Below are positions 52,961-64,000 of a stretch of 64,000 bases of DNA, one piece after another (within the stretch, counting starts at the first letter, position 1; every line of letters begins with the position of its first letter). Under the pieces are notes generated by a model. It had not been told where the DNA came from. It made no database searches and saw nothing but the letters and a program-made list of their open reading frames with translations. This DNA is from Felis catus (taxonomy: Eukaryota). Where the stretch lies: the NCBI RefSeq assembly GCF_018350175.1, contig NC_058368.1, positions 192,202,001 to 192,266,000 on the forward strand, given 5' to 3'. Made by a program: the position numbers and the translations under genes.

Positions 52961-53545
52961 TTTATTTAACTAGGATTAAACTTTCCCGGTTAGAGGGTTT
53001 TGGAGTTCTAGATTAATGTATTTAATAAACTTCTGTAATCTCTAGTTACTGCTAAAGCAGTCAAGGAAAATAAAATTCCTCACCCGCTGGCCCACACCAA
53101 CAGTGAAAGAAAAAAACAGAACTACACAATGTCCTAAAATGCATGCAGCTATGCTCACCTCCACCACTTCCTTCCCTAGTCCCAAGAGAAAAGCAAGGGA
53201 AACAACCACAAGCTTTCTTCTTCTGTAACCTTCTACTCAAGTCCCTTACTGAAACTGCCCTGCTGCAGATGAAAAGTTAACATTCCCTCCCAAAGGTACT
53301 CAAAAAAGCCTTCTGAATTATAGTCTGTTACTATGTTGAAAGCTGATTTCCCCTCGCAGGTTGCAAATATACCCAGAGGACAAAAGAGGTGGGCAAAAGC
53401 CTTATGAATATTCATATAAAATGAGCAATTATACTTCATATTGCAATAATTCAATGACAAGTCATAAAAAGCATTTGTCTTTAATTTGTCTCGTTTTAGG
53501 AAATAAATGGCAAAATATATACACTGTGGAATCTGAACCCCCCCA
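52961..53545 (-). terminator. MRPL22: MRPL22 3' UTR with candidate polyadenylation signals
   Basis: Minus-strand ATTAAA at 53480-53485 and 53021-53026. Minus-strand AATAAA at 52961-52966, followed by GU/U-rich sequence. Which site is used cannot be determined from sequence. Confidence 0.5.
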
Positions 53546-53757
53546 TCACAGAGTGTGAATAATGGTCCGGTTACGAAGCTCCTGAATATACTCCTTGGCA
53601 TGGGTGACTGCCGTCTTCGGTGCCTCACGTGGAGGTGGAGGGCCTTCCACCAACTTCACAAAATAATGGCAATAAACCTTCTCCATGATCCCAAAGCGAC
53701 CTCTGCCATGGTATCGGATGCGTTTCAGGTACTGGCCTCGCCCTGAGGTTGACTCAG
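53546..53757 (-). CDS. MRPL22: MRPL22 (mitochondrial ribosomal protein uL22m) terminal coding exon
   Basis: Minus strand: pyrimidine tract ctctctttgtcttccctgtttAG (AG at 53758-53759), then (A)[69 protein letters not shown] and TGA (53546-53548). Matches the recalled mammalian MRPL22 C-terminus. Length 212 nt = 2 + 70 codons, in phase with the upstream exon. Confidence 0.96.
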
Positions 53758-53899
53758 CTAAACAGGGAAGACAAAGAGAGTTACAGGAAATGACTGCATC
53801 CCCAAGACTATAGCTCCATCAGGTGAGCAATCTGTCCTTTCTGCGACTGGATTCTTAGACTACCTGAGTTCCCTGGCTGGTGAGAGCAAATCTGTCTCA

Positions 53900-54410
53900 A
53901 CACAAGCATCTCTTGAGTACTTATTAAGGAACAGGCTCTATTCTAGGTGTTGGAGAAAGAAGGTAGCAAAGGTCCTATCTTCATGAAGTGTACAATCCAG
54001 AGGAGAAAGACAGAAAATAAACATGATCATTGCAGTCAGTGACAAGTACGAAGAATAAAACAGTGATGTGACAGAGAATGATGGGGTGCCGGGAGAGACC
54101 TCAGACTGGAGGGTGTGTCACGAGGCATCTTTGAGGAGGGGACATTTGATCCAAGACCAGAATGAGTCATCCATGCAAATATCTAGGGACATGGTATTCC
54201 AGGCTGAGGGAAAAGCAAGTGTAAAGACCAATGGTGCCCGGCTTGTTTTAGAAACAGAAAAAAGACCAGCCTGCTGAAGCATCCTAAACAAGGGAAAGAG
54301 TCTTACAAACAAGGGAAAGAGATCAGACATGAAGGCAAAATTACATAGAGCCCTGAAGGCCGACCTAAGGAGTTTTTATTTTATTCTAATTGTGATGGGA
54401 AGTCACTGGA
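53900..54410 (-). mobile_element. L2 fragment (MRPL22 intron)
   Basis: ttgagtacttatta...aggctctattctaggtgttggaga...taaggagtttttattttattctaattgtgatgggaagtcactgga. Confidence 0.7.
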
Positions 54411-57400
54411 ACCAAATGTTCCCAAATGCTGGTCCTCTGACTACATCAGACTAGCCTACGGAACATATCTTAAATGCAGATGCTGAGACCCCCATCTCTG
54501 GAGATTCTAATTTAGTATATTTGGGGTGGGCCTTGGAAATTACATTCTGAACAAATAAGACCAATCCCTTTCCCCCAGTAATTCTGATTTGGGGCCAGTT
54601 TTAGGAACTCCCACATCACGGCTGCTTCCCCCTCTCCCGTCCCCAACTCTGCACGTTAAAGTCTGACCTTGTAAAATTTAAGAAAATTTTTCCAACACTA
54701 GTTAAGAAGAAATCTGTTACCTGTTTTCACACACAGTAAATCAGAGTGGTAGCCGCCTTCTACTATTTTCTGAATTTATTTAGTCCATTACTTCGTGAGT
54801 CAATTTAATAAGGCTTTTACAAAGCCAAAACCTATAGAATACGTATCAAATTAATCCACTTCAATACTCACCATTCTTATATTCTTGCTGAGACATAACT
54901 TTATAAATACAAGGACTATGTTCAAGTATGCACCTGACAACCCTCTCACTAGAGTCCTCTCATGAAATGGGTTTCAGCAGAAACATCCTAGCTTTGCCAG
55001 AGAGAAAGCTAAGGATGAAAGTGATTAAGAAAACCTCTTCAGGTCTCAGTGAGATAAGGAAAGAGGTGCTATCCTTCTATCAACTTCATCCCTGGGCACT
55101 AAAGAAATGTGTTTAAGGATTTCCAAAGAGAAAGACAAATTACACAAATCACTTTATAATGAAGTAAGACTAGTTCCTCTGGATCCACCTGTCAGGAGGA
55201 AACCTACAAATAAGCATGATGACACTAGAAAAAGTTTAGAAATCTTCTAAAAGGCATTTTGCAAACATGACGGCTGCTTCTATCCACACTTGTGACGCGG
55301 CTCAACTTGAGCACCAATTTCCAAACGCTCTGAGGAAAAGGAACACTACTCCACTGAATACAGTATTTTAACCAGCTAACTGTGCGGTACTACGTAACCT
55401 ATCCAAACACAATGATCAGCCTTATCAGGGTCTATGTTAACTACCACTTTCCATCTCCGCCAAACACATTAAGAGCAAACATCAGTATCTGCTAAATGTC
55501 AGTCACGATTTCATCCTAAAGCCATGAAATACCATCTACCTATCTTGTGGCACATAATGCCATCATTTTTTAGTTCAGAACAAGAACATTAATTCTTCTG
55601 AAACACCAGGATTCTTTAGTACACTACAATGGGAATATGCAATACAGTCACTCTGAGGTCTGAATGAAATCAGGACTTAGAAGTATAGATTCCAAATTGG
55701 TTTCTGGTCTCCACTCCTCCAGTCTCACATAATAATTCTGTATGTTAGGGGTTTCAACTGTGTTTGTATGGAACCATTTCAATTAAAATGAAACAATATA
55801 TAGAAGCTCACTATCCTGTGGCTCTGTTCCAATTGAAACACAGGTGGAGAGAGATCCAAAACCGTGCCATTCATTCACTCACCAACTATTTCTGAGTTGC
55901 TACTAGGTGCCAGGCTCTATCCTGGACTGCAGGGTTTCAGCAGTGACCCAGACATCGAGGAGCCCTTCTGTCTGCCTTATGCCCCACCCGTGGAGGCCCC
56001 AAGGCACAATTTCAAAACCACTGCTTATGGTTAATAGTCTTAAAACACTGCCTCAATAACGTAAATCTCCTACCCCCAAACTTCCTGTGGTTCCTTTTCA
56101 ATACAGTGTTAACCAAATCCCAGAGCCTCCCATGGTCGGCCCTCTGGATCTAGGCCCAGTCTGCCCTTTCAGTTTTATCTACTCAAGATCAACCTGCTGC
56201 TTCCTTCAACTATTCTCACTGGACCACACAATTGCTGCTCATTCCACCCTAGGTGCCTTAGCTCATGTGGTTACTCCACCCTGAAAATCTTCTTTCTTCC
56301 TGGATGCTCTTTCAAATACCCAAATAGCTAGCTTCAAAAGCCAAATTTTTCCAGAAGATTACCATGATTCTTCTAATCAATACTGACCTCTTCTTATCTG
56401 TTCCTACTATTTACCTACATTACTCTTTTTGGTCCCAAACCATACGCTATCTTGTATAAGTGTTCATGTTGAATCTGTAAAAGTCACTGCCTCATACGCG
56501 TCTTTTGAATTGCCCCAAAAGTTCACGTTCAACAAGGAATGGAAATGATTTTGAAATACAACTTCTGCTAATTACTATCACTTTTTCAATACAGGTATCT
56601 GGCAAATTTGTTCAAATTCTAAAATAAGTTTCAAAATTTTCCAAGTACATACAGTACTAACAGTGTAAACGGTTTATTCTTGCTCAGAAGAACAATTTAT
56701 GTGTCCTTCCAAAGAACTACAAACAACAAAATTACATGTGCTAAGTGTTTTAAATTGCTTTAATATGATATACTGCCACCTCTAACTGTGTGGGTAGTAT
56801 GCACGTGGAAGGTACTCAAATACTTTCTGAATCAAAGAAAAAAAAACATTAAAACATCTCAAAAATGGGAACAGCCTAAGGCTAATGCCCAACAGGCATC
56901 CAGAATTTAAAATACTGTCAGTATTTCCTATTACTAGTATTTAGGTAAATGTGAATCCTGACATTCTAAAATTGGAAACCACTCTTCTCCCCCCTTCATC
57001 GCTCTTTGCCCAGAAGACTGATTTACAAAGTCAGTCAATCACTTTCCCTAAAGAATCACGTTAGATGCCATGAATCACTAAGCACTGACATTTTATTAGT
57101 CCATGTCCACTTGTTAAGACCTGTTCACAGTGCCATTAGTCATCATTATAAGTTTGAAAGGAAATGAATTTTCAAAATCTGTGGTCATGCAACACCAGGT
57201 ATTAGCTTTAGAATGATGACAGGCATTTGAAGGAATTACCACATAATGAGAACATACGCTACCAAAAAGCACTTCCCTTATAATGCTAGACTTGCTCATG
57301 TCAAGGGACTGAGGGGCCACCGCTAAGCCAAAATCATAGCCAACAAGCGACTAGACTTTCATAACTCGAAAAGACATCTATCCATGGAATGAAATGTTTA

Positions 57401-59186
57401 GGCCTTTTTCAAGAATACAACGAGAAAAATCAGTGTCCCGTATTTTATAGGTAAGAATCACTAAGATGTTTATTAAACAAATAGCTCCCCAGGCCTCCTC
57501 CCCCTCTGAGGTTTCAGATCCAGTGGGTCTGTGGTGGGGCCTGGCAATCTATATTTTTTTAATAAGAACCTCAGATGATTCTTATCAGGGAAGTTTGGCA
57601 AATACAGGGATAAAATGTCTGACATGTCACGGTAAGATTCTTCATCTTTTCAAAGGTACTCATTCCTTTTTCCTTCAGAAAGGAGGTAGGCAGCAAAATA
57701 CTTAGCAAATGGGTTTTTATAATCATAAGACAAATCTAAACTTATCAGTCCCATTCAAGAAGAGATTTTTACACAAAAGTGGGTGAAAAAAGGGTACAGG
57801 TTGGATAGAGTTTTTTCAGCGGAAATGTGCAGAAGGAGACCAACGAATTAAAGGCCCATTCACGTAGGATTGGTTAAGTTTATTTTTGCTTAATGGCAAC
57901 ATTGAACTTTGCTCCTTCATTTGGGAAGACAGGATTAAGCTCCTCACCCTTTCTCACTTTACGAAAATTACTGAAAAGGATTTAAAGACAAATTCTATTT
58001 CATTTGTATCTGAATTCCATTACGTTTTGTCTGCCAGCTAAGAAGGCCATATTCCTATGAAACTGAATAAAATTAATTAAATTAGATTTGATATTCAGTC
58101 ACAGAGCAGGAAAGGTCACCAAGAGGCTTTAAGCAAATAGTCTCGCTCTTCATCCATTTCATCTCTTCCAATGATTCTGGACCCTCCCAGCATTATTTAT
58201 TCATGCTGCTCCCAGAAGAAAATGCTTATGATTAACTACTAAGGCCCTGCATTTTCTGAGCTGCCCTTTTGATTTCCCTCTGCATCTGTGCATGTATCAG
58301 AATATAATCAGTTATACAAGATTCAGCTTTAAAATAAGACATTTCAATTTGAAATCATAACTCATTTGCATTTCAGGAGTAGGTGTGGTCGCCAGCATCA
58401 ATTCCAGGTGAGCTGAGGTAGGATTTTAACGTAACCAGCATAAATATCTCCAGTAGGGCAGTGGTCATGTGGCTAAGTAGAATTTACATGATCTGTTTTT
58501 ATTCTAATTGTTGAAAAATCCTAATGGACAACTAATTTCTCCCATAATGATTCAGCCTTTTTCTCTCTATTTAGAGAGTAGCAGTTCCCCATATCTTGAA
58601 TTTAAAATACCTTTAGTCCTTCCTATATGTAGGTTTGGCAGATTGAGAAAATTTTGCTTCGACATCAACATCTCTGTTTGATTACAAAACTGCTGAGGTT
58701 AGGAGTAAGTACTGCCGAAGAGAGAGGAAAACATTAGCCCCAACCACCGCTCCACTGTGTAGTGTTGGGAGGGGGCGAGGGAGCTTTGTAATAGCATTGG
58801 TCTCTTTCTCCAAAGAGAACTGTGTGAAGGTATGAAACAAACAAACAAAAAATCCCTTACATTGGACAGTGCATCATGCTTCCCAAAGCATTTTCACTTA
58901 ATTTAATTTGATATGCAACAAGCATACAAAACCTGAGACAATGCTTCAGAATGTAAAAACAAAGAGAAACAAAGACAGCTGGATCATCTGAGCCTTCCAA
59001 AGCCCCTTGGCTTTTACAATTCAACAGATTTTCCATCCTGGTGACTAGAAGGTTAAATTACAGGACACCTTTATGGATTAGACACCTGGTTTGGCAAATT
59101 ATAAATAAATATATTTGTAAGGCCACCTGTGATTCTTTATTTACCTCCTCCAGGTTGACAAAGAATTCATTTTTAAAATTCAGTTC

Positions 59187-59403
59187 TGGGGCACCTGGGT
59201 GGTTCAGTCGGTTAAGCATCTGACTTCGGCTCAGGTCATGATTTCACAGTTCATGAGTTCGAGCCCTGCGTCGGGCTCTGTATTGACAGCTCAGAGCCTG
59301 GAGCCTGTTTCAGATTCTACGGCTCCCTCTCTCTGCCCCTCCCCCACTCATGCTCTGTCTCTCGGTCTCTCAAAAATAAATAAATGTTAAAAAAAAATTA
59401 AAA
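59187..59403 (+). mobile_element. CanSINE (MRPL22 intron)
   Basis: Near-consensus. Confidence 0.93.
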
Positions 59404-59738
59404 TCTCAGTCTTGTTCTTTCTTAGTTTTATTATGATTCAAGGACCACTCCATGTACCATCCTGATACCCACTATTTAATAAATTATTGGCAATGGTTTC
59501 ATGATCTCAGTCATACTGCACAACAGGTAACAATAAAGCAGTAAGGTTATTGCCATTTATAACCATTTATAACAGACTAACTTTAGCATGCTGAAGGCAG
59601 AAGAATAAGCTATTACCAGCAATTTTCACTGGCAAACCCGGTCCTAAGTAGTTAGATATCAAAGACTGTTTTTAGATAATGAACTTGGCATCACTATTGG
59701 AAAACATTTTCCAATGCTAAGAATATTAAAGATCTTAC

Positions 59739-59808
59739 CTATATATAAATTGGATCTGAATTCCACATTGTGGTCTCTCACTGCCATATCTTGTGCTTCT
59801 AAGAGAAT
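59739..59808 (-). CDS. MRPL22: MRPL22 penultimate coding exon (70 nt)
   Basis: Acceptor ctgtcttttctttgtttaAG and donor GTAAGATC. Encodes [23 protein letters not shown] plus one G, which joins in frame to the terminal exon. Upstream exons were not seen and presumably lie beyond the window end. Confidence 0.95.
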
Positions 59809-60614
59809 CTTAAACAAAGAAAAGACAGGCATTCATATGGCTGACCCTGAACTAAAACGGAATTAAATTTCTCATTTCTTGTTGTTATCTCTATAATATG
59901 ACTGCTAATCACATGCCTCTGTTTTATAGTCTATTTTAAAAAGAGAACATTAAATGATAACAGTACTAAAGAAAAGGGATACATTGAGCTTTCCTTCCTC
60001 AGACAAGAATTGTAAATTCAAGCAACACAGTCCATCCTGCTAAGTTTAAAGTAGAATGTATGAGATGCAAAGGAGGAAATGGCAGCATTGGTAACAGTAT
60101 CCTTGGTAATGAACACTAGTATGTCTTTGAGTCAAGAGACTTGTCAAAAAGTTCAAGAAGCTTAAGAGCTAAATCTTATTGAAAATTCTCAAACTTTGGA
60201 TCCAAAATAACCATTAAACAACATCAGACAAGTAGAGAAAATCATACTTGAAAATTTTAAGAATTATTAAATTTATATTCTGTAGATATTTTGAATTAAG
60301 TTAACCTCCTCCAGAACCCATTTTTTAAAAAGAGGACAATTGTCAAAAATAGCAGAAACCAATCTTCTACTCACTTAGAGAATATAATAAAAAGCTGAGT
60401 ACACAAAAGATACTTAGTAATTGCATTCTGAACTGAATTAAATATAGGCATTACAATGGAACCTTTTAAAAGTCTGAATCCATCAATCTCAACTACTGAA
60501 CTACTAAACTAAAAAGATCTGGCTCTAAGTGAGATTTAACTGAAATATAGAAAATAATGCTGATATCCCCAGATGTCCTCATCGCAGCTTTTTGAAATAC
60601 GAACACCATGTATC

Positions 60615-62921
60615 CACATCGAAGAAGGTAGAAAGTACAGTGTTGTGGTTTGAGGGAGAAACGGATAGTGGGTGCTGCAGAAGGAGGGAGCTGTGGTTGC
60701 AGAGAAGGGCAACAGAGAGAGGAGCACACGGGGGAACGCACCAGAATGCTTCCCCATAGGCAATACTTTGGAAAACGAGAGGTGCTAAATTTTGTGAGTT
60801 CTTGAAACCAGTGGGACTTAAAGCCTGGAGTTTTAAAGGCCAGCGCCTTGGCTAGAATAGAACCCCAGAGGGCACCACATTGCTCCTGGAAAGAAGGCAG
60901 GCAAACAACCCGGGGACACACATCATGGAAACAGCTATCTAAAGAGCGCCTGCGGCACACAGTAGGGAGACTATTGCTCTTCTCAGAGCATGTCCCTGAG
61001 AGGCGGCATTCACAGAGATGCCTCTCTGGGAACAAGGCAGCTAGCTGGCACCATTTCCCTCCCGGTCCCCCAGCATAAACGCAGAGCCACCTGATGGAAG
61101 CAGCTCAGTGCCAACAATGGCTGCCTAACTTGCTGCCAAACCCCAATCCCCTGTGCTTTTGTGGGACTGTCCTTCTCAGCCACACTTGCCTTGATCCCAG
61201 CGTGGCAGGCTCCTCTCCCCCATGAGACCAGCACAAACCCCTGCCCACATCACGTCTCCCAATGAGAGAGTTCTGCAAGTCCTCAGTTCTGGTGGAGTTG
61301 GTATCAGGTCTCAGGTCTCATTTCACAAGCAGACCAGAGCACATCTAGTTAAAACTCATCACATTCAGGCCAGGGACAAAACACTGCCCATAACAAGCAA
61401 GGAGGGCCTCTGCAGACGACTGGCCTGAAGGACAGAGCAGCCAAAACACAACAGTGGAGCACATGGAGCGCACACCAGAGACACTCACTGAAGCACCAGG
61501 CCCTGGACACTACTTGACCTCTTCTTCACAAGGCCATTACTGTCAGGAGTAGGAGACAGACTGGCTACTTTGTGTTTTTGTTGCTGTTGTTTTAGAGAGC
61601 ACAAGAGTGGATGTGTGGGGGAGAGGGACAAAGGGAGAAAATCTTTTTTTTTTTTTTTTAATGTTTATTTATTTTTGAGAGAGGGAGAGGGTGAGCAGGG
61701 TAAGGGCAGAGAGAAAGAGGAGAGAGAGAATCCCAAGCAGGCTCCACACTGTCAGCACACAGCCCGATGCAGGGCTCAAACGCACCAACAGTGAGATCAT
61801 GACTTGAGCCCAAATCAAAAGTTGGATACTTAATAGACTGAGCCACCCAGGTGCCCCAGGAAGAGAATCTTAAGCAGGCTCGGTACAGAGCCTGATGCAG
61901 GGTTCAATCCCACAACCCTGGGATTTGACCTGAGCCGAAATCAAGAGTCAGACGCTCAACCAACTGAGCCACCCAGATACCCCATAACTGGCTTTTCTAA
62001 CAGAGCGAAGAAGGCAGGGACTTAGACAAAATGCCAAGACAGAGGAATTTATCCCAAATGAAACAAGGCCGCAGCCAGAGATCTAAATGAAACAGATATA
62101 ACATGCCTGATGGAGAATTTAAAGCAACAATCATAAGAAAATTCACTGGGTTTCAGAAAAGAATAGAAAACATCAGTGAGACCCTTACTACAGTGGTAAG
62201 AGTTAAAAAAAAAAAAAAAAGAATCAGAGTTGAAGAATCAATAAACAAGACTAGAAACATGCTTGAAGCAATGAAGAGAGACTGGAAGAAGCAGAGGAAC
62301 GAATTAATGACCTAGAAGACAAAATAATGGAAAATAATGAAGCTGACCTAGAACACAAAATAATGGAAAATAATGAAGCTGAATGAAACACGAGAACAGA
62401 CTTATGGAACTCAGTGACTCCATCAAACATAATAACATTCATATTATAGGAGTCTGACAAGAAGAGAGAGAAAAGGGGAGAAAAATTATTTCAAGACACA
62501 ATAGTGGAAAATTTCCCTAATCTGGAAGGAGACAAACATCCAGATCCAGAAGGCACAGAGAATTCCCATCAAAATCAACAAAAGCAAGCCAACATCAAGA
62601 TACAATATAATTAAACCTGCAAAATATAGTGATAAAGAAAAGCATCTTAAAAGCAACAAGACAAAAGAAGTCCTTAATTTACAAGAGAAATGCAAACTGG
62701 TACAGCCACTCTGGAAAACAGTATGAAGGTTCCTCAAAAAATTAAAAAGAGAGAGAGTTATGAGCCAGAAATTGTACTACTAAGTATACATCCAAAGGAT
62801 ACAAAAATGCTGATTCGAAGGAACACATGCACCCCAGTGTTTATAGCAGTGCTATCAACAATAGCCAAATTATGGAAACAGCCCAAATGTCCATCAACTG
62901 ATGAATGGACAAAGAAGATGT

Positions 62922-62962
<41 letters not shown>

Positions 62963-63388
62963 AGACACGTGCACGTGTGTGCGCACAATGGAATACTATT
63001 CAGCAGTCAAAAAGAATGAAGTCTTGCCATTTACAACAATGTGGATAGAGCAAGAGTGTATTATGCTAGGTGAAATAAGTCAGGCAGAAAAGACAAATAC
63101 CATATGATTTCATTCATGTGGAGTTTAAGAAACACAACAGATGAACAATGGGAAGGGAAGGAAAAATAAGATAAAATCAGAGGAGGCAAACCATAAGAGA
63201 CTCTTAAATACAGAGAAGAAACTAGGGGTTGCTAGAGGGGAGGTAGGGTGGTAGATGGGCTAAATGGGTGATGGGCATTAAGGAAGGTACTTGCTGGGAT
63301 GAGCACTGGGTGTTATATGTAAGTGATGAATCAATCACTGGGTTCTATTCCTGAAACCAATACTACACTGTATGTTAACTAACATGAA

Positions 63389-63419
<31 letters not shown>
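60615..63419 (+). mobile_element. Carnivore L1 with 5' UTR, degenerate ORF1 (ATG 62031), large internal deletion, ORF2 end/3' UTR and poly(A); antisense CanSINEs nested at ~61570-61984
   Basis: ORF1-like MPDGEFKATII... and ...ccagatccagaaggcacagaga. Abrupt switch near 62685 to aatgcaaactggtacagccactctggaaaacagtatg (ORF2 C-terminus). A tail at 63391-63419. Confidence 0.88.
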
Positions 63420-63421
<2 letters not shown>

Positions 63422-63488
63422 CTTTCTCCCTCTGCCCCCTCCCCCACTTGTGTGTGTGCTCTCTCTAAAAAATATAAACAAATAAATA

Positions 63489-63931
63489 TGGGGCACCTGG
63501 GTGGCTCATTCAGTTAAGCATCCAACTTTGGCTCAGGTCATGATCCTATGGTTCGTGGGAGCAGCAGCCCAGAGCCTGCTTCGGATTCTATGTATCCCTC
63601 TCTCTGCCCCTCCCATGCCCACGCTCTTTCTCTCTCTCAAAAATAAACCCTAAAAAAATTTTATAAAAAAACATAAATAAATAAACAAGGAATTCCCATC
63701 CTTGTTTTTTGTTTTTTTTTTTTTTTTTGGGTAGAGAGGAGGTTTTGTTTTTGAAGGAGAGAGAGAGCGTTAGCATGAGCAGGAGAGAGGGGCAGAGCAA
63801 TAAAAAATCTTAAGCAGGCTCCACACTCAGCACAGAGCCTGATGCAGGGCTCAATCCCAGGACCCTGGGATCATGATCTGAGCCAAAAGCAAGAGTCAGA
63901 CACCCAACCAACTGAGCCACCCAGGCACCCC
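63489..63931. mobile_element. Tail-to-tail CanSINE pair (+ ~63489-63690; - ~63700-63931)
   Basis: SINE head ggggcacctgggtggctc at 63489 and reverse head gagccacccaggcacccc ending ~63931. Confidence 0.88.
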
Positions 63932-64000
63932 TGTCCTTAACTTGTTTAATAGAAAACCCCAAGAAACAAAAACCAAAAATACAATCTTGTATGTATGCTG

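Noticed and set aside
53233..53746. ORF-track calls overlapping the MRPL22 last exon
   Set aside because: Wrong frame or strand; the true frame is entered by splicing.
54285..54322. Short direct repeats (aaacaagggaaagag x2; similar ones near 19558 and 31959)
   Set aside because: Two-copy slippage duplications, not arrays; no CRISPR-like structure in this mammalian DNA.

Overview
Felid (cat-family) genomic DNA, identified by felid/carnivore tRNA-derived CanSINEs. The only intact gene is the 3' end of MRPL22 on the minus strand: a 70-nt internal exon at 59739-59808 and the terminal coding exon at 53546-53757, both with canonical splice sites. The other ~53 kb is downstream intergenic DNA dominated by SINEs, L1, L2/MIR, MaLR/ERV LTRs and hAT MITEs. 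It holds two processed pseudogenes. ATP5MF (ATP5J2) lies directly downstream of a young gammaretrovirus-type solo LTR. CLNS1A has its first acidic tract replaced by a ~550-bp purine-rich repeat that keeps the frame open. Other notable items are a perfect 96-bp spacer-less palindrome (27873-27968), a zone of apparent AT->GC substitution bias next to a CpG-rich candidate enhancer (~33.8-36 kb), and an intronic L1 joining ORF1 directly to the end of ORF2. I found no clear evidence of a wholly new multi-gene system. Repeat subfamily names are from recall and most repeat boundaries are approximate.
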